In this document: positions 24,156 through 38,453 of the stretch, piece after piece
Position numbering within the stretch: position 1 is the stretch's first letter
How the letters are laid out: each line of letters opens with the position of its first letter
Assembly (NCBI GenBank): GCA_002633005.1
Contig: NMRA01000140.1
Span: 124,001 to 188,000 of the forward strand
DNA: 64,000 nucleotides
Direction: 5' to 3'
Source of the DNA: Phoronis australis
Lineage: Eukaryota; Animalia; Phoronida
Notes under the pieces: generated by a model
Databases searched by the model: none
What the model was told of the DNA's origin: nothing
What the model saw: the letters and a program-made list of their open reading frames with translations, nothing else
Program-made: the position numbers and the translations under genes

Positions 24156-24760
24156 CGTAGTAACGGCTTGGCTTGATTTGTAGCAAAATAATTAACGATT
24201 TAAACAAGGAAAATTTTTCTTGTTAATAATGTTGCGCCATTGATTTACTGCACATGCGTCTCTCGTTCCGGAAACACATGAATAAGGGACGAAAGCCTCT
24301 ATAACAATATATGCTGTGCATCACTTTATACAACATTAATATACAAGTATTTCTTTTAAAACATCAAAATAATAAATATGTTGACCTAAACTTTAACATA
24401 AAAGTATTTAAAATGCTTTTTAAATTATTTATGTTTCACAATGTTTTTGGTTTTTGGTCTATTGGAAGTACGCTGATTGCTGATTGGTCACTGAGTCTAT
24501 GGATAAAACAGACGTAATATATGAGTTGTAACTCATGCCAGTTGCAAACTGCGTAAGACGTAACCCGTAAGGCCGTAACTTGTAAGTGTTCAAATGCAGG
24601 GAAGCCATTTTTGGCCCCTCGTGAACCACACAGACTTCCTTTGTTGTGTTTTTTCTTATTGACATAGATGAAACGACGACCGAATTTTCGGAGGATTTGA
24701 CTACTGTGCCCCCTAGTGACAATGCTTCTTTTCTAACTGCTGCCTCTGAGAGTGTGAGTT
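24156..24760. promoter_or_regulatory. Probable bidirectional promoter between EIF1A (-) and IBA57 (+)
   Basis: EIF1A ATG at 24155 points left. ETS-like TTCCGGAA at about 24266, inverted CCAAT boxes (ATTGG) at about 24461 and 24483, clustered CGTAA motifs at 24552-24586, YY1-like GCCATTTT at 24604 and a possible donor (gtgagt) at about 24754 for an IBA57 non-coding first exon. TSSs are inferred. Confidence 0.55.
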
Positions 24761-26234
24761 GTCTGTCTGAGTACTGAGTTCTCCTTGAATAATTTTGTTG
24801 TGGCTTTTGACGTTTCTATGCTGATCATGGAGAGGAAATCACCTTCCCAGAAGACGGATTGTACTTCATCTATTGAATCTGTTCCCTTGGGCATTTTTTT
24901 AATTTTTTCATTTATTTTTGGCATTAGCCTCTAGTCTTGTCTATTCGCCAAAGCACTTGAAAGAACGGAATTTTGTAGGTTCCAATCGAATATCTATTGG
25001 CTGGCTGGCATCCACAGGCAATGTAATTGCCCACCAAAGAGATGCCTGTGTGCAACATAGCTTCTCAGACAGTTCCAACTACTGTGGTGCCGCCTGGTGG
25101 CAAATTTGTTTTTGCCTGTGCAACAGTATCTACCAAATCCTTTGATGATTATTCATGAAATTTGATATATCTCTGTTCCAGTTGAGGAGACTATGCCTGA
25201 CATTTATTTTGGGTTGGATGAATATCAGTGACAGCATTACCGTCTGGAACTTGAGCATTTTCTTTGCACATGGTTTCTTGATGGATGTTCTCAAAATTTA
25301 GCGAGTAAGACTCTGTCAGGGAGATGGCAGCACCTGCCTTGTTTCAGATGGATATGACTGACACTGTATCCCCTAGCTAATGTCCTATTTTATACATTTA
25401 CACGACATACCAATAATAAACACGCCCATTTCCAATGGAGTTTTGGGTGCATTTCAGTGCTTTGTACTACTATAGTTACAATATGTATGGCACGCTGACA
25501 TCTATAGTTTGGAGCATTAGTGGCAATGCAGGTGTAATGTTGATGACGACTCGGGGCAGGACAAAGTTTGCATTCGTCTGAACCACCTGCAATAATTTTT
25601 AGCTTTGCCAACAAACGTTCTTGAGAAACCTCACAACGGTGTCTATAGCAAAGTGGTTATGATCAATGCATTACTGTTAGTATGAAAGGAATCCTACCAA
25701 ATGCTCCACAGCTTGCACAGGGCAATATTGATAAGGTCTAGCCTGTCTGCGGGCTGTGCTGGTAAGCAACACAGCAACCACTTAGTCTGGAAGATATTGA
25801 CAGATTCGTTAATACCATAAAAAATCAGTTGGGAAAAGTCTTTACATGGAAAAATACACCCACAATTAGTGATCTTCTTATACTAATGGGGCTAGTTTTT
25901 CGTGACCTAGCTCCAGTCTCTATTCAAGTTGATCAATCTTGTTTTGGTATTTTTTCATAGATGCCGCAGGCATGATCTGAGTTTGTCTAAAGAAAACGAA
26001 ACGAAAGCAATGAGAGAATAACTTAAGAGCATTTATGATAACTTTTTTAATTGACAAATACCAATGTCTAAATTTTACTTTTAGCGTATGCCATCAGTCT
26101 ACATCAGTTACGTTGTCACTAGTACTCATTTTGTTCACCTTTTGGATGTAGTCATGCGCCATTCATTTCTTGCAGCATCCAAACGTTCCCGATGAGTGTT
26201 GTTGGCGTTATGGATTTCAGCTAGACACTTTGGA

Positions 26235-29200
26235 ATGTACAGACGACATCTAATTTCTTTGGTGCGTGGATCCATTTGTGCTCCATGGTCATCTCACAAG
26301 TATCCTGTTGGTCTTGACTGTTGTTCAAGACACTACTCTACAAGTACATGTAATGTTGGCCAACTGCTGACACAGAGAGGCGTGGTGCAGGTCAGGGGCC
26401 CGGACAGCAACGACTTCCTTCAGGGTCTCATCACTAATGATATCCACTGCCCACATGGCCCGTCTCTATTCGCTATGATGCTCAATATCAAGGTATGATT
26501 GTTTATGAACAGTTAGTCAAATGTCTCACAGTTTTGGCAGGTTAGCGATTTATGAGTGTTGGCGTGACCACAACTTCCGAAACATTAAGGTTCACTGCAG
26601 CCCTTGAAATGGTGTGCTGCTGTCGTTTTTTGGTCATGTGCAGAAGGGGTGGGACTACAGTTGCTATGCTCAGGATGTATATTCTTTTACTGTGGTCTTC
26701 CTTATATGTACCCTAGGTGCTGATACAATTCTATGGGATAGGATCATGCAGTGAGACTAGCATATTAAGTGAAAACCAACTGGACTCAGATAGGTGTTAT
26801 TTGAGTAAGATAGAGTCTTACTTATAAGAATTATAAGAATTAAAACAGTCGCGTTGACAACCTTTGTCTGATGTTAGGCACAGGTCCAACTTGTATGCAT
26901 CTGATGGTAAGTCTGATATAACTTATTTGAGAACCAGTTTTCTCCATTGAATAATCAGGGCATCAAACTGGTTATCAAAATACGGGCATATAAATCTGAC
27001 TACTGCTCATATGACTTCTGCAACTTATGTAAAGCTTATGAAACTTTTATGTTACTGGCATTTTAAATGTAATCCTATGTGATTGTAAGAGAAAGGGAGT
27101 CTTTAGCAGAGCAGGTCACAATGTGGTAAAATCACTCCAATTTCATTTCACCAGTATGGTAAATATGTAAGATTACTTTGAGTTACCCTCTAATGATCGG
27201 CTCAAGGTATGTCAAGTAGGTTAGCAGTTGCGGTTATCAGGCCATCTGTTTCCTTTTCTATGCCTAATACAGCTCAGTGGATCTGTCATTGCAGGGTCGC
27301 GTTCTTTATGACATGATTATACACAGTGTTGGCCGCACAGCTGAGCCTTGTTACTTGTTGGACGTTGACAGGTGTGTGACAACGGAACTCATATCTACCA
27401 TCAAGAGATTCAAGATACGTAAAAAAGTGAGTTGAGAAATTAAAAGGATACTAAACACTGTTTTGATAATTTAGGTCAGTCCTTGTTCTATCATCTGCTG
27501 ATGCATCATTGTCAGAGATTGGAAATTGTGGTTCTTGGTGGGCACTGGGCAGTTGTAGTGTAATTTGCTAAAAGTGTAGGCCATGCTTGCCGGTTTAGAA
27601 GACTTTGAAAAGAGTTTTTAAAATGTCCTCCAAGCTTTTGAGGGTTGTCGGGGGGNNNNNNNNNNNNNNNNNNNNNNNNNNNNNNNNNNNNNGGGGGGGG
27701 GGTTACAGAGCATTATTTTGTCTCAGAGAATTGGATAAATACGTCGTTTTTAATGTCTGTTAATAGGCCAAAACAGGGTTTGGTATCATTTTGAAAAACA
27801 TTTGCAGTAAGGCTGATAACAAAATTGTAGCTGACGTGAGCAATCTCTTGAAACTTCTCATTGAATGTCTTAAGAACTTTCTCATGTCTATATTTTGTCC
27901 AGACACAACCACCAATATCTTTATGATATGAACTCTCCCTTTTCGTTCCTGGTATGCAGAAGAAATGCTTATGTTGTCAGTTTCAATCCCAAGTTGTACT
28001 TCCTTATAAAAATCATCGTTGATATATACTGCTCAGTGCTCATGAAACCAAGTGTTCACTACTGACCAGAAAACCTCTGAGCTGTTAACCAGACTGAGCT
28101 CAGAGGTTCCATGGTGTGCCCAAGAAAGTGAGGCTTCACTGAGTGGATGTGGAGTTCTGTTGTTATCTTGGGGAGTGTGAAAACGGCATTTCCTTTTTAC
28201 ACCTTCATTTGTTGGTAGTGCATCTATTTAGCACACAACTCGGCATAAAGTTTATGTGGTCAAATTTCACACCAATATTGAATATGTAGAAAATTTTTGT
28301 CTATTGTTAGCTTGGTTTCTATTGTGTCGGTAAAACACCATTTGGTAAGTTGTTTCCAGCAAGTTAACCAGCCTTTGGAAAATGAAAAATGGCAGTCTCG
28401 AAGTCTTGAATTATTATAACAAGGACACTTGGTATCTTGTGAGCTGAGCATCACTGTTAGGGAACTTCTTAGTGACAGGTCATTAGAAGGCAGGTTGAAG
28501 CATTTGAACCTGAGAGATGTTTGGCCACTGATTGATCAGCTGTTCATTTTAAAGGTAACCTTTCCAATAATTAGTATTCTTTGTCTCAATTTTCGCGAGC
28601 TTTCAGGTTGATATAAGTGACGTGACGGATGAAATGAAAGTGTGGGCCATTCTTCCACCTGAGGTACCCTCTCGTCCTGCACAGTTTGACGTGAAGATAG
28701 CTGACCAATCGGGAGTCTTGTGCTGTTCACATGACCCCAGACTGCATGCACTTGGACACAGGGCAGTGTTAACTGAAGGCGTCAGTGGTGAGAGCGGGAT
28801 AGCTTTGTGTTAACCAGTTGCCTTGTGATGACTACTGACATAATTGTAACCTTCAAAAATTGGAGTAGACGAATTTGCTGTCTTGTTTCTTCCAATTTTT
28901 GGTACTCAAAGTAAACTGCAGTGAGACTTATCTTAGTTACATACCAAAGTTACTAACAGACAATGATTCGAAACATTGGGAGTGTGAACAACAGTGTCAG
29001 AAGCCCTTGAAAGATGGAAAAGTTAAATTTTGGCAACAATTTTTGTCTGAAATTGGAGAGTTTTTAGCGTATTAGTCTTTTAACTGCAAAGAATCATCAA
29101 AAACTTTATTCTGAGAGATGTGCATGGTACTAATTGTATGGTTTCCTTTCACAGCGGCGACTGCCTTTGATAATGTGTGTGAGTCGACAATGCAAGACCT

Positions 29201-30953
29201 ACACAGGCAGTATAGATATACTGTGGGTATCGGTGAGGGTGTGGTGGACCATCCTCCTGGAAACTGTCTGCCCCTAGAGTGTAACTTGGTCTTCCTCAAC
29301 GGGGTCAGTTTTGACAAAGGTTGTTACATTGGCCAGGAGCTGACAGCTAGAAGTCATCACACAGGCGTGGTTAGGAAACGGTTAATGCCAGTGCATTTTA
29401 CAAGGTTTGTATAATACAGTAAATTGTACTGAAAAAATCCTCCCCCATATAAATGTGGCCATTTAGTCAATTTTGACCTTATGTTTGTTGCATTTTTAAA
29501 TTTTACCCAAGAAATGTTTTGTTCTTCATTTTGAACTTTTCAACACGTGCAGTTGATGTTATTATTTATTCAATGTTTTCGACATGAAATAGTTTCATCA
29601 GGTCAATATTTTGTTACTTCTGGCAGTATTTATCACGATTGCCATGGTTGTTTTGCAGAAAACACGGTTATGGTCTGATATAACGTGGCTGAATTTTGAG
29701 AACCAGTTTTCTCCACTGAGTAACGGGCATCAAACTGGTTCTAAAAATATGAGCACATTATATCAGACTATTGCTGAAAACACAATGGAGATGATTATTC
29801 ATACATCCAAATCAACTGTATTGCCTTGTATTCAGGAGCATTACATTTTTAAATGTAACATTTAGATCACGGCTTTTTGTACCATATTTTACAAGTTTGA
29901 CTGTGCTTCCCTGTGGTTGATGAGACAATCCATATTACGTAATTTGCACCTGAAGCATGTGATATTGCTTGGAAACTTGATTGTTATTCATGTTAATTGG
30001 TGCAAATTGATGTATTTTGTTGTTTTCAATGTTGTGATTGATACATGATGTACTTTGTGATCTTACGCGACAATTGAAGCAAAATGTAGTGACAAAAAAA
30101 GATTGATCAGCAACACCTTCGAAAAATTAATGTTCCCCTTCAACAGAATGCTGTATTGGGGTTTTGTATAAAGATTTGCATTATCAAATTATTCCAGAAA
30201 AGATGGAAGATGCGAAACAATGGGAGAATTTAAAAAGCAGTAACGTCATCACTGATCATGTGGGACCAGAAAACAGAGTCTTATAAAGGAAAAGGCTGTT
30301 TTCACAAAGTCCAAGTGTTCCCCAATGCCATCAGGTGCGAAGACGTCCCACATGATCAGCTGCCATTGCTTTCTAAGTCTCCCATTGTGTGCTTACTGGT
30401 TTTGGTCACTTAAAACTCTATCTTTGGATTTTTGTTTATTGTCCACGGCAAATGACTATTGTTTACGTGGTCGAATTCTTGTTTAGAGTTTATTGCAAAG
30501 CATTATAGAACTTCCTGTTAAATATGGCTGTTCACTTTTTAGCTTTGGCTTTAAAGGCTTAATGCTCTGTTTACATGGTTCAGTTTTTGTATTTAGCATC
30601 CTATACTATTTGTTATCTTGGAAAATTATGTCAGAGGACTTGTTTATGTATTCAGATACTTCGTACATGACAAACAGCCATGTTGAAATGTTCAGTTCCT
30701 TTGAAATGCAGTGACTTCACTTCCTTTTTTGCACACTTTCAGTGACTGTGAGGACAAGGTTGAAGATGGAACAGACGTGTGCAATAGGAGTGGAAAAAAG
30801 GTGGGAACACTCCGAGGGGTGCATCATGACTTGGGTCTTGCCTTAGTTAGACTTTCCGAGGTTAAAGATAGCTTGAAACTTGAAGACAACTCTGGGGATG
30901 TGGTTGAAGCAAAGGCGGCTAAACCCTTTTGGTGGCCTGTGGAAGTCAGGTGA
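26235..30953 (+). CDS. IBA57: Mitochondrial Fe-S cluster assembly factor IBA57 (YgfZ/CAF17 family), about 343 aa, 5 coding exons
   Basis: Exons 26235-26492, 27295-27426, 28607-28787, 29155-29404, 30743-30953 (1032 nt, phases consistent). Motifs [21 protein letters not shown] and the YgfZ signature [12 protein letters not shown]...GVVRKRL. The N-terminus is Arg/Ser-rich and presequence-like. An in-frame TGA at 26193 makes 26235 the first in-frame ATG. Confidence 0.95.
27656..27692. other. Assembly gap (N run) flanked by poly-G
   Basis: 37 N inside IBA57 intron 2. Confidence 0.99.
29672..29770. mobile_element. Short (about 100-115 bp) palindromic MITE family; other copies at 26911-27000 and 37893-38009, partial copies at about 22130-22190 and 45185-45225
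   Basis: gtctgatataa...ttgagaaccagttttctcca...aactggttctaaaa...ttatatcagac. The shared core GAACCAGTTT(T/C)CTCC is present in the copies. Confidence 0.65.
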
Positions 30954-33900
30954 CGAGATTAATTTCCCCCTGAGCATGATGGCATGCTAGCAATCTTTGA
31001 TTCAGGGCTGTATTTATGAAGGCTAAGGCTTCGGAATGTGCGAAATCGTGTCATATGTAAGGAAAGATCTGGACGGTTTGTTGCTTGTTAGCAGCGGGAA
31101 TTACTACCGTACCCTAGCAAAATGGGCTTCTCTGAAAGTGATTGAACTGCTCGTCCGTATTGTTGAATTGTCAATGAGAGTAGCTGAAAGACAAAACTTG
31201 CATTGTGCTTACTGCTTCCGTTACGTAAGCCAGGGTGTCTTGCCCCAATAATCTTGTGACTGGCATAGACGAGTGGTAATACATGTGGAGTAAAGGTGCT
31301 TGATAAGACACTAATATGCACCGACATTATTTACTCAGCACATCTGCATGCAGTTGCAGAGTGATGACTGCTGTCAACAGGTCAAATTTCCAGTGTTTTA
31401 AAGAATAATGTAGAAATATAAAGCAGTGAAGGGGAGAAAACTCCACAAGTCTATAGTTCTGGTCAATTTGCATTTACTGTGTATTACATTGTCTACTTGT
31501 CTTTCTAGCTTTGTGTGTGGTTGTTTTTTGTTGGTATTGAAACGCTGCTTTTAAATGAATGGCAACCGCAAAAATATTTTAATTTGTTGTCTTTCATGTT
31601 GTATTGTAATCAGTTTCAATTTTTTCATGTTTCTAAAGTGACTATTGCAAATAAAATCGTGAAACAAAATACAAAATGGATGCAAGCTGTAACTCATCAT
31701 TTGCTTAACTCGTCAGTCCACACAAGTTGTCGCTGTTTTATTTTGAAATACGTGCCCATTCATTTATATTCGTGGTTACTCATGCAGTGTGTCCTTCTGA
31801 AACAGAGCACACCCTAAGATTTACTTGCGAAATTCTTCTCGTGAGTCATGTTGATTGCAAAATTAGTCATACCAAAAATTACTGCAAAGCACTTTCAGTT
31901 AAAATCAGATTCTGAACGATATGATGACCCACATTCTTTGTTTTAGTCGCAAGAGGTCAGTGTCAATGACTTCATTTCATATACACAAAGGGCTTTAATC
32001 TCAGTTGACTGCTTTCACCAGGTTTTAACTGCTCACTTACAGATGTATTTGCGTGCTCCGACCTATGCTAATGTATTGCAGCAACTAAACAACAATGCTA
32101 TTTGAACATCATCTACGCTAACAAAAAGAGCTGTTGTATTCCTTGACAACTTGTAAACAGGAAAACAAAAAAATCTGCAAATAGGTGACCTTTGCTCTAA
32201 GGACGTACCTAGGGGGCTCACACAACCTGCATCATGTAGTGCTATTCCCAACACCACGCCACCATCAGAAACTCGTTCTTAAAAACATCTGGCACTTTTC
32301 AACCTACTTCTTATTCACATTGTCGCTATATGTTGTGTTTCTAACTAATTTGAACAAGCAATCACAGAGATAAGGAATTAGCGTGCATGTTCCATTTTAA
32401 CCACCATCACAGGTTATAACATTACTACAGTTAGTATTTTTACAACCAGTTTTCAAACTTTTCACGTCAAGGGAGTTTTATGCAACACAAAATGACGTTC
32501 TTGGGTATAGGGGTAATTGAAACTTTTGCTTCATTGCACAGCTTTAAGTGGTGTTTTCCACACAGTTTCACCAACAATAACAGTCGTCATGGCTCACAAA
32601 ATTATTCAGTTTATTGCCTTGTACACATAGCATTGTTTAGAAATCACATGGCACTTGACAGATTGCAAACTATACATGTTTCGTTAACTACTATAATTTA
32701 TAAAAAAAGGAATGCTCGCATTTTATAGTTAAAAGTTAAATAAAAATGACATGAAATTTAAAATAAACCAGACCTAAGATTTCACTGACGTTTCTATACA
32801 TTATATTCGAGAAATACATTAAATTATACACACGCTATTCAAATATCTCCAAATACATTAGGAGGTCATTCCAATTCAGTTATTATGTACGTGCAAAGGC
32901 CAAGTTGGCTCATTGTGTGAAGAGTGCTGACAGTATTATCACTAACTGATGTCTCTGTTCCCCAGTCCAAGATGAAAGACGATATTAACATAAAGGTTAG
33001 TGTTGTTCAATCCGAACTGGTGAGAACGATTCATAGCGAATGTCTAGGGAATAGAATTGTAGAAATTTGCAATGCTTTGAATAATATAGGGCTTGACATT
33101 TGTTCTTATGTTACCCTGGTGATGTGTGCGTAATATATCGAAATGTTGATGAAATTTTACGTCTGGTTTGTCGTCAAATTCTTATTTCATATGTTGTCCG
33201 ACAGTAAAAACACTCAAAAAAAAGAAATTAACAAATAATGTACACTGAAGCAATAGCAACATTACAACACATTCACACAAATAATAACAATAATAATATT
33301 AACAACAACTACAAGAATTTTGGTTTCCCCACTAGGTGGTGCTAGTTTACGGACTTGCAAACTTAAGTCTTGAAACCAGACTCTATTTAGAATCTGAGTC
33401 TGTAGAAGATTTCAAAAATGAGGCCATTTGGTCAGACTTTTTACCATACTAAGTTATGACCTGATGAACATTGCTTATTTAGAATTGTCTCATCTTCTTT
33501 AATTTTGTGAGAGTACCGGTATTTCATTTGTTTCCTTTTTGAATAACCTTCATGGGATACTAAAACAGACGCAAGAAGGGTGCTACTCGAGTGATGGTGA
33601 TCACACCATTTTTCATCTGGATTATGGTTCAAATTATGCCAGATAAGGTTAAAAAACAATGCATTTTATGTTCAAGAGATTCCGATACACTGACAAGCTG
33701 TATGTTGGCAGTTCCTCAGGTACAGCTGACCTCGTGCTTGACTGACCAATCACCAATCAGATGGTGTATGCATGAGACCATCTTCAGTAGGTTCAGTGTG
33801 AACTGCCATCTCAACAAATCGTTAAGAGGCACTGGAGGCATGCAGACTCCCATGTAACAAAATCAGATTGTCAGGTGATAAATTGGGGTCGAGGCTTGTC

Positions 33901-34408
33901 CGATTAACCCTGAAAAAATCAATTCTCTTTGCTTTGCAAAAGAATTACATTTCTTTTGGGTCAGTTAGCAATAAAGGAATGTAATGTTATTCTGTGCAAA
34001 CCACTAAAAGGACAAAAATGTTACTTATACTACCTTAGTGACAGCTGGACGTAAGCTCTTACCCTGACCTGTCAAAGGAAAAGTCACCATTTGAAAGCTT
34101 GGTGTGAAAGCTTATTTTCAACAGACTGTGAGTAATGAGATAAAGTGATCAGTATGAATACACCACACCACTTACATTTGCAGACTTCTGCATGGTAAAC
34201 TATCACCAATTTAGGACAAATGAAATTACATTATTTCATGTTTTGCACCCAAAAAAAATGCAGTTCCAGACTATAGGTATGGCGGGGGGAGGGGGGTAAT
34301 GTTTTGAGAAATTGCAGTCTTTCACAACAGTACTGTTAGAAACCTTTGAAAACTGAAGAAAGTCCAGTTTTGTGAATTGAATTTGTCCGAAATTAGTGAG
34401 ACATATAT

Positions 34409-37142
34409 TTACTGTCTCCGACTTTCCAGAAACTTAACAACCCACTTTTTGGTCAATTTCAGATAAAAATCTGGCCCGTTACTTCCATAATCCAGGTAAT
34501 TAAAGGAGCTAGTTTGTTTAGGCATCGCTCTCTCAATCTGTGTTCCTTCATGCCACTCGTTGAATGATGTTATCGACACTATAGGAGGCTTCACCTTAAC
34601 AGCCGCTCCAAACATGCGTTCATAATAACCACCGTTCTGTCTGCCTTTGGTGTTTCGTCCATTCCAGGGTCGAACACGCGTGTCGATATAACCTGGCCCA
34701 ACACTGGGAATGAATAAGAGATTATTGGAACGACCAAATTCGTTCAGCATGCCCCACAATCTTATCGATGAACCGTCTGTGAAACCAGTGCTGGCAAAGT
34801 ACGTGTAAAAGCCGTCAAAGCCTGAAGATAGAATATCAGCCTTCCGTTTGTGCTCAGTGAGCAAGCCTATGAAGATTCCGTCAAACGCAGTGTTACGAAT
34901 GGTGAATGATGCTCCGGGCTTCAACAGATGTGACCACTCAGTTGCAGACAAGAGATATGAGTCATACACATAAAAAAGTGGGAGGTGTCTGCCTTTGTGC
35001 AGACGTCTGTACAAAGCAGAGTGATTCCCATACTTCTTTATAATCAGAGTTATGTCATCCTTAAAACGCCCCACTGTTCTGTCTTTGTAAGGTTCAATGT
35101 GAAAACACACCTAAAATAGAGATTAGAGTTAGCTTTTAGGTGAAATACAAGCTTACTGCGCCTTCAGGTGAAAAACACCTCTCCTGTTCCCGACTGCAAA
35201 CATTTCAGAGGCAGTCCACTGCCACGTCAGGACTACGGATTCCTAAATGGGTGCACCCCTGTCTCATAGACAAAGTACCTAACCAAAATGACACCTGGGA
35301 ATGCAAATAATCACTAGCATCAGATTTGACAGTGGATTCCTGCCAAGCACCTCTGGAGATCCACCCGGCACCCCCGAGCCTCTCCTACACAGGTGCACTG
35401 TTTTCAGACATAAAATGCATATTGAAATAAAATTTTTCATCAGTCAAATACCCATTAAAGACAGGTTGGTATTTTCAGCCACAGAGTTCTTTATTTCCAA
35501 AACAGAGGATTGATGGTGGCTATCCTTATGTTACGTCTGAAGATATAAGCTGCAATTAGCTTGCCTTCTTATAATTTAGTTGCTCAAGGTTGAGTAATTT
35601 ATCCTGAATTCAATTTGACGATCTTCAAATCTTGTTTTCTTGTCTGAGTAAAGGTTGGTATTAAGAAGACCATTGCTCCTGCCTGTCGTTGTGTTGGAAA
35701 ACGGTATTCCTTGAAATTGTTTGAACATATTTGTACACAAGAACTACAACTGAAAGCCAAGCTATTGACCTAAACTATGGATCCTTAAAAAAATAAATCT
35801 TATACATGACTGGTATGACGACAATGCTTCCCAACAGGTACGTACAGGTCATGTGACCCACGGTACTTTACCTTGAGATGATACTTGTCAGCAATGTTTA
35901 AAATCGTTGGAACAAACTCATCCCACGGTTTTCCATTATCATCTGCTTTGTCAGGTGGATACCATGATAATGCCAACACTCCTACAAAAGAGAAAGTGAG
36001 TAAGTACATTTCATGCTTTGCATCCACAGAAAAATTTTAAAAATTAGCGTAAATTTTCGACTTCTCAGTTCTCATGGCTGAAGCCTTCATCAGTGACTAT
36101 TGGACATCCTGATGAACTGTTCAGAGGCACCCCTAAAAAAGAGTCAAAAAAGTGAACTGAAAATGCTGAACACTAACTAGAAATAACTTCACCTTCAGAT
36201 TACTATTACACAGAACAACACTGAATTTTGAAGAGGTGCAAGTTATGTATCATAAAATATCAATGTCAGAAACATTCAAGACAGGTGAACTTTATTTTCT
36301 CATTTTTTCAAAATCAAAATAATGCTTTGCCATAGTCTGTACAGTGGTTATCAACAGACAATAACTAATGAAAAAATGTGGTCATTCATAACAGCATTAA
36401 AATTTTGGCAATTTTTATCCAAAATTGGTGAATTTCACCATAGTCCAGTAAAGTGAAGAATGAGAAGTGAAAATAACATTAACCAATTTTGCTCGCAAAG
36501 TAAGCAGCTGGGAATGTTCAGTTTCATACCTATAGTCAAAAGGTATTTACATATTAGTAACACAAGAAAATTCACTCTAAAATCAAATACATGATCTTGT
36601 TACTTACCAACTCCAGCACTATGGATCTGTTGCATGTGACTGTCTATCACTGTTCTATTACGGGAACTGTACGGCCCTAACCATGGATAGAAATTGGATG
36701 CAATGTCATCTGGGGGGACATGTGCTCCCGACGGCCACTTTAAGGCCTCCTGAGCATTCCAGTGCTGTATTAGTTGATGATTCCAATGGATATAACTCCC
36801 ATCTGATGTTGGATCACCATACCAAGGATAATAAAAGATGTGCACATCATAGTTCAAAGAGCTATCTACAGTCAAGTGTTGAGTCTGCTTTTTAACCAGC
36901 TTTTGTAAATCCAGGGAAGGCTTCTCTGCAATGAACACTGTTCTGTTTTCTTTGGGGAATCTCTTGTTTACTTCATCCATGATAAGCTGCTGAAGTGGAG
37001 CTTGATCATGTCCTGGGCCAGTAAGCACATAGATACCCAGAGCAAATGCACAGACAAGGCAAAGAAATATCAAGACAGGAATCAATCTCTGCAACTTCAA
37101 GGCTATCCTGTAACAGGCCTTGAATACGTGTGCTAAACGCAT
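34409..37142 (-). CDS. MANEA: Glycoprotein endo-alpha-1,2-mannosidase (GH99, Golgi type II membrane protein), about 448 aa, 3 coding exons
   Basis: Exons 37142-36608, 35981-35872, 35110-34409 (1347 nt). N-terminal TM segment (LIPVLIFLCLVCAFALGIYVL), HIFYYPWYG, NFYPWLGPYSS, FHIEPY, SVGPGYIDTRVRPWN and the catalytic-region motif ITSFNEWHEGTQIE. Confidence 0.95.
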
Positions 37143-38099
37143 AATTTCTGTAATGATAACAAAAAACAAATGTCATATCAGTTCATTGCTTTACTTTTAA
37201 GTACCGCTGATTTCATGATTCTGTTGTAATGACATAGTCAAAAATAAGTGATCATTCAAAATCAGCTATGGTCATTCAGATTTGAAATGAAATCAATAAA
37301 ATACATAATTATATGTTCTTTGGTCAGCTCGTTGCATGTAGCAGAGCTCATTTCAGATCACCTAGTGGTAGAGTGAAGGCATCAATTTGATTTCTCTTTT
37401 TCTTCAATTTGGATAACAAATGCATATTTTCATACCCTCCAGAATATATTTCATTGAAAGTTTCTCATAACGCTCATTAAGTGATCGAAATAAATAACAC
37501 CAAATCCACACTGACTTTACCTCCATCATTGTAGTCGCAGACATGGACTTATGCATTTTCATATCTCTTAATACAAGAAAACATTTCAGGTTAGAAATTG
37601 GAGATAAAGTTCGACCCCGCTTGACAGCTGCTTTGCATTAGATGACTTTATTCTGAATCCGTCCCAGGTTGATCCTGTCAGACGTGATCAATTTTGACAA
37701 CAGCTACGAGGCCAGGATCAACAACCCTGGCTTAGCCACCCACCTAAGGGTTGGTAACTAATTCATGGATTAAATATTTTATGGCTCAAAAAAGACACAA
37801 ATGCTGCTGAGTCTCACATTACACACGAAGAAGAAAGGTAAAGTAGTTCAACCACACCGTAATGCCTGGTAACTAGATGTTTTGTTATAAACACTGGTCG
37901 GATATAGGGTACCCTCATTTAGGGAACCAGTTTCCTCCGCTAAGTAACAGGCACATCATTCAGTGATTGCCTGGTTCTCTAAATCAGGGACCGCTATATC
38001 CGTTCAGTACATTGTTACGTAAGCCTAATTGCCCTAATTCAGTAATTGTACGTCGTGTTGGCTCAGTGTCAGCGAAGGTTAGGTCCTATTCATCAGATA

Positions 38100-38453
38100 A
38101 CTACCTGCTAACCATGAAATTCACCGAATATATCAGTATCAGTTGTTCATTCTGTTGACTTCAAATTCATAGAAATGCAGAAAGCAACTGATCAGGTCAG
38201 TGCACACTGCAAAACTTAATCAGGTGGTCGCCTTCGTATGTTCAGCGGGTCACAATTTGCTACCACAGGCGACGTCTGAAGGCGAACGTGCGAGATGGAA
38301 CTTTTATAAAACATTCACTATGATTGGCCAGATGACGTTTGATGCGTTTTATCGGTCCATTCAACAATCGGTTTACAGAACAACAAAGAAATACGATGAG
38401 GCAGCCATTTTTCTCCACGCTACCGGTGTAATTTGAGTAAAATATATTAAAAA
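38100..38453. promoter_or_regulatory. Probable bidirectional promoter between MANEA (-) and SCAF4/8 (+)
   Basis: CpG-enriched stretch with TGATTGG (CCAAT) at about 38321, ATGACGT at about 38332 and YY1-like GCCATTTT at 38404, 50 bp before the SCAF ATG. A possible minus-strand donor (CAG|gtagtt) at about 38104 would serve a MANEA 5' non-coding exon. Confidence 0.55.
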
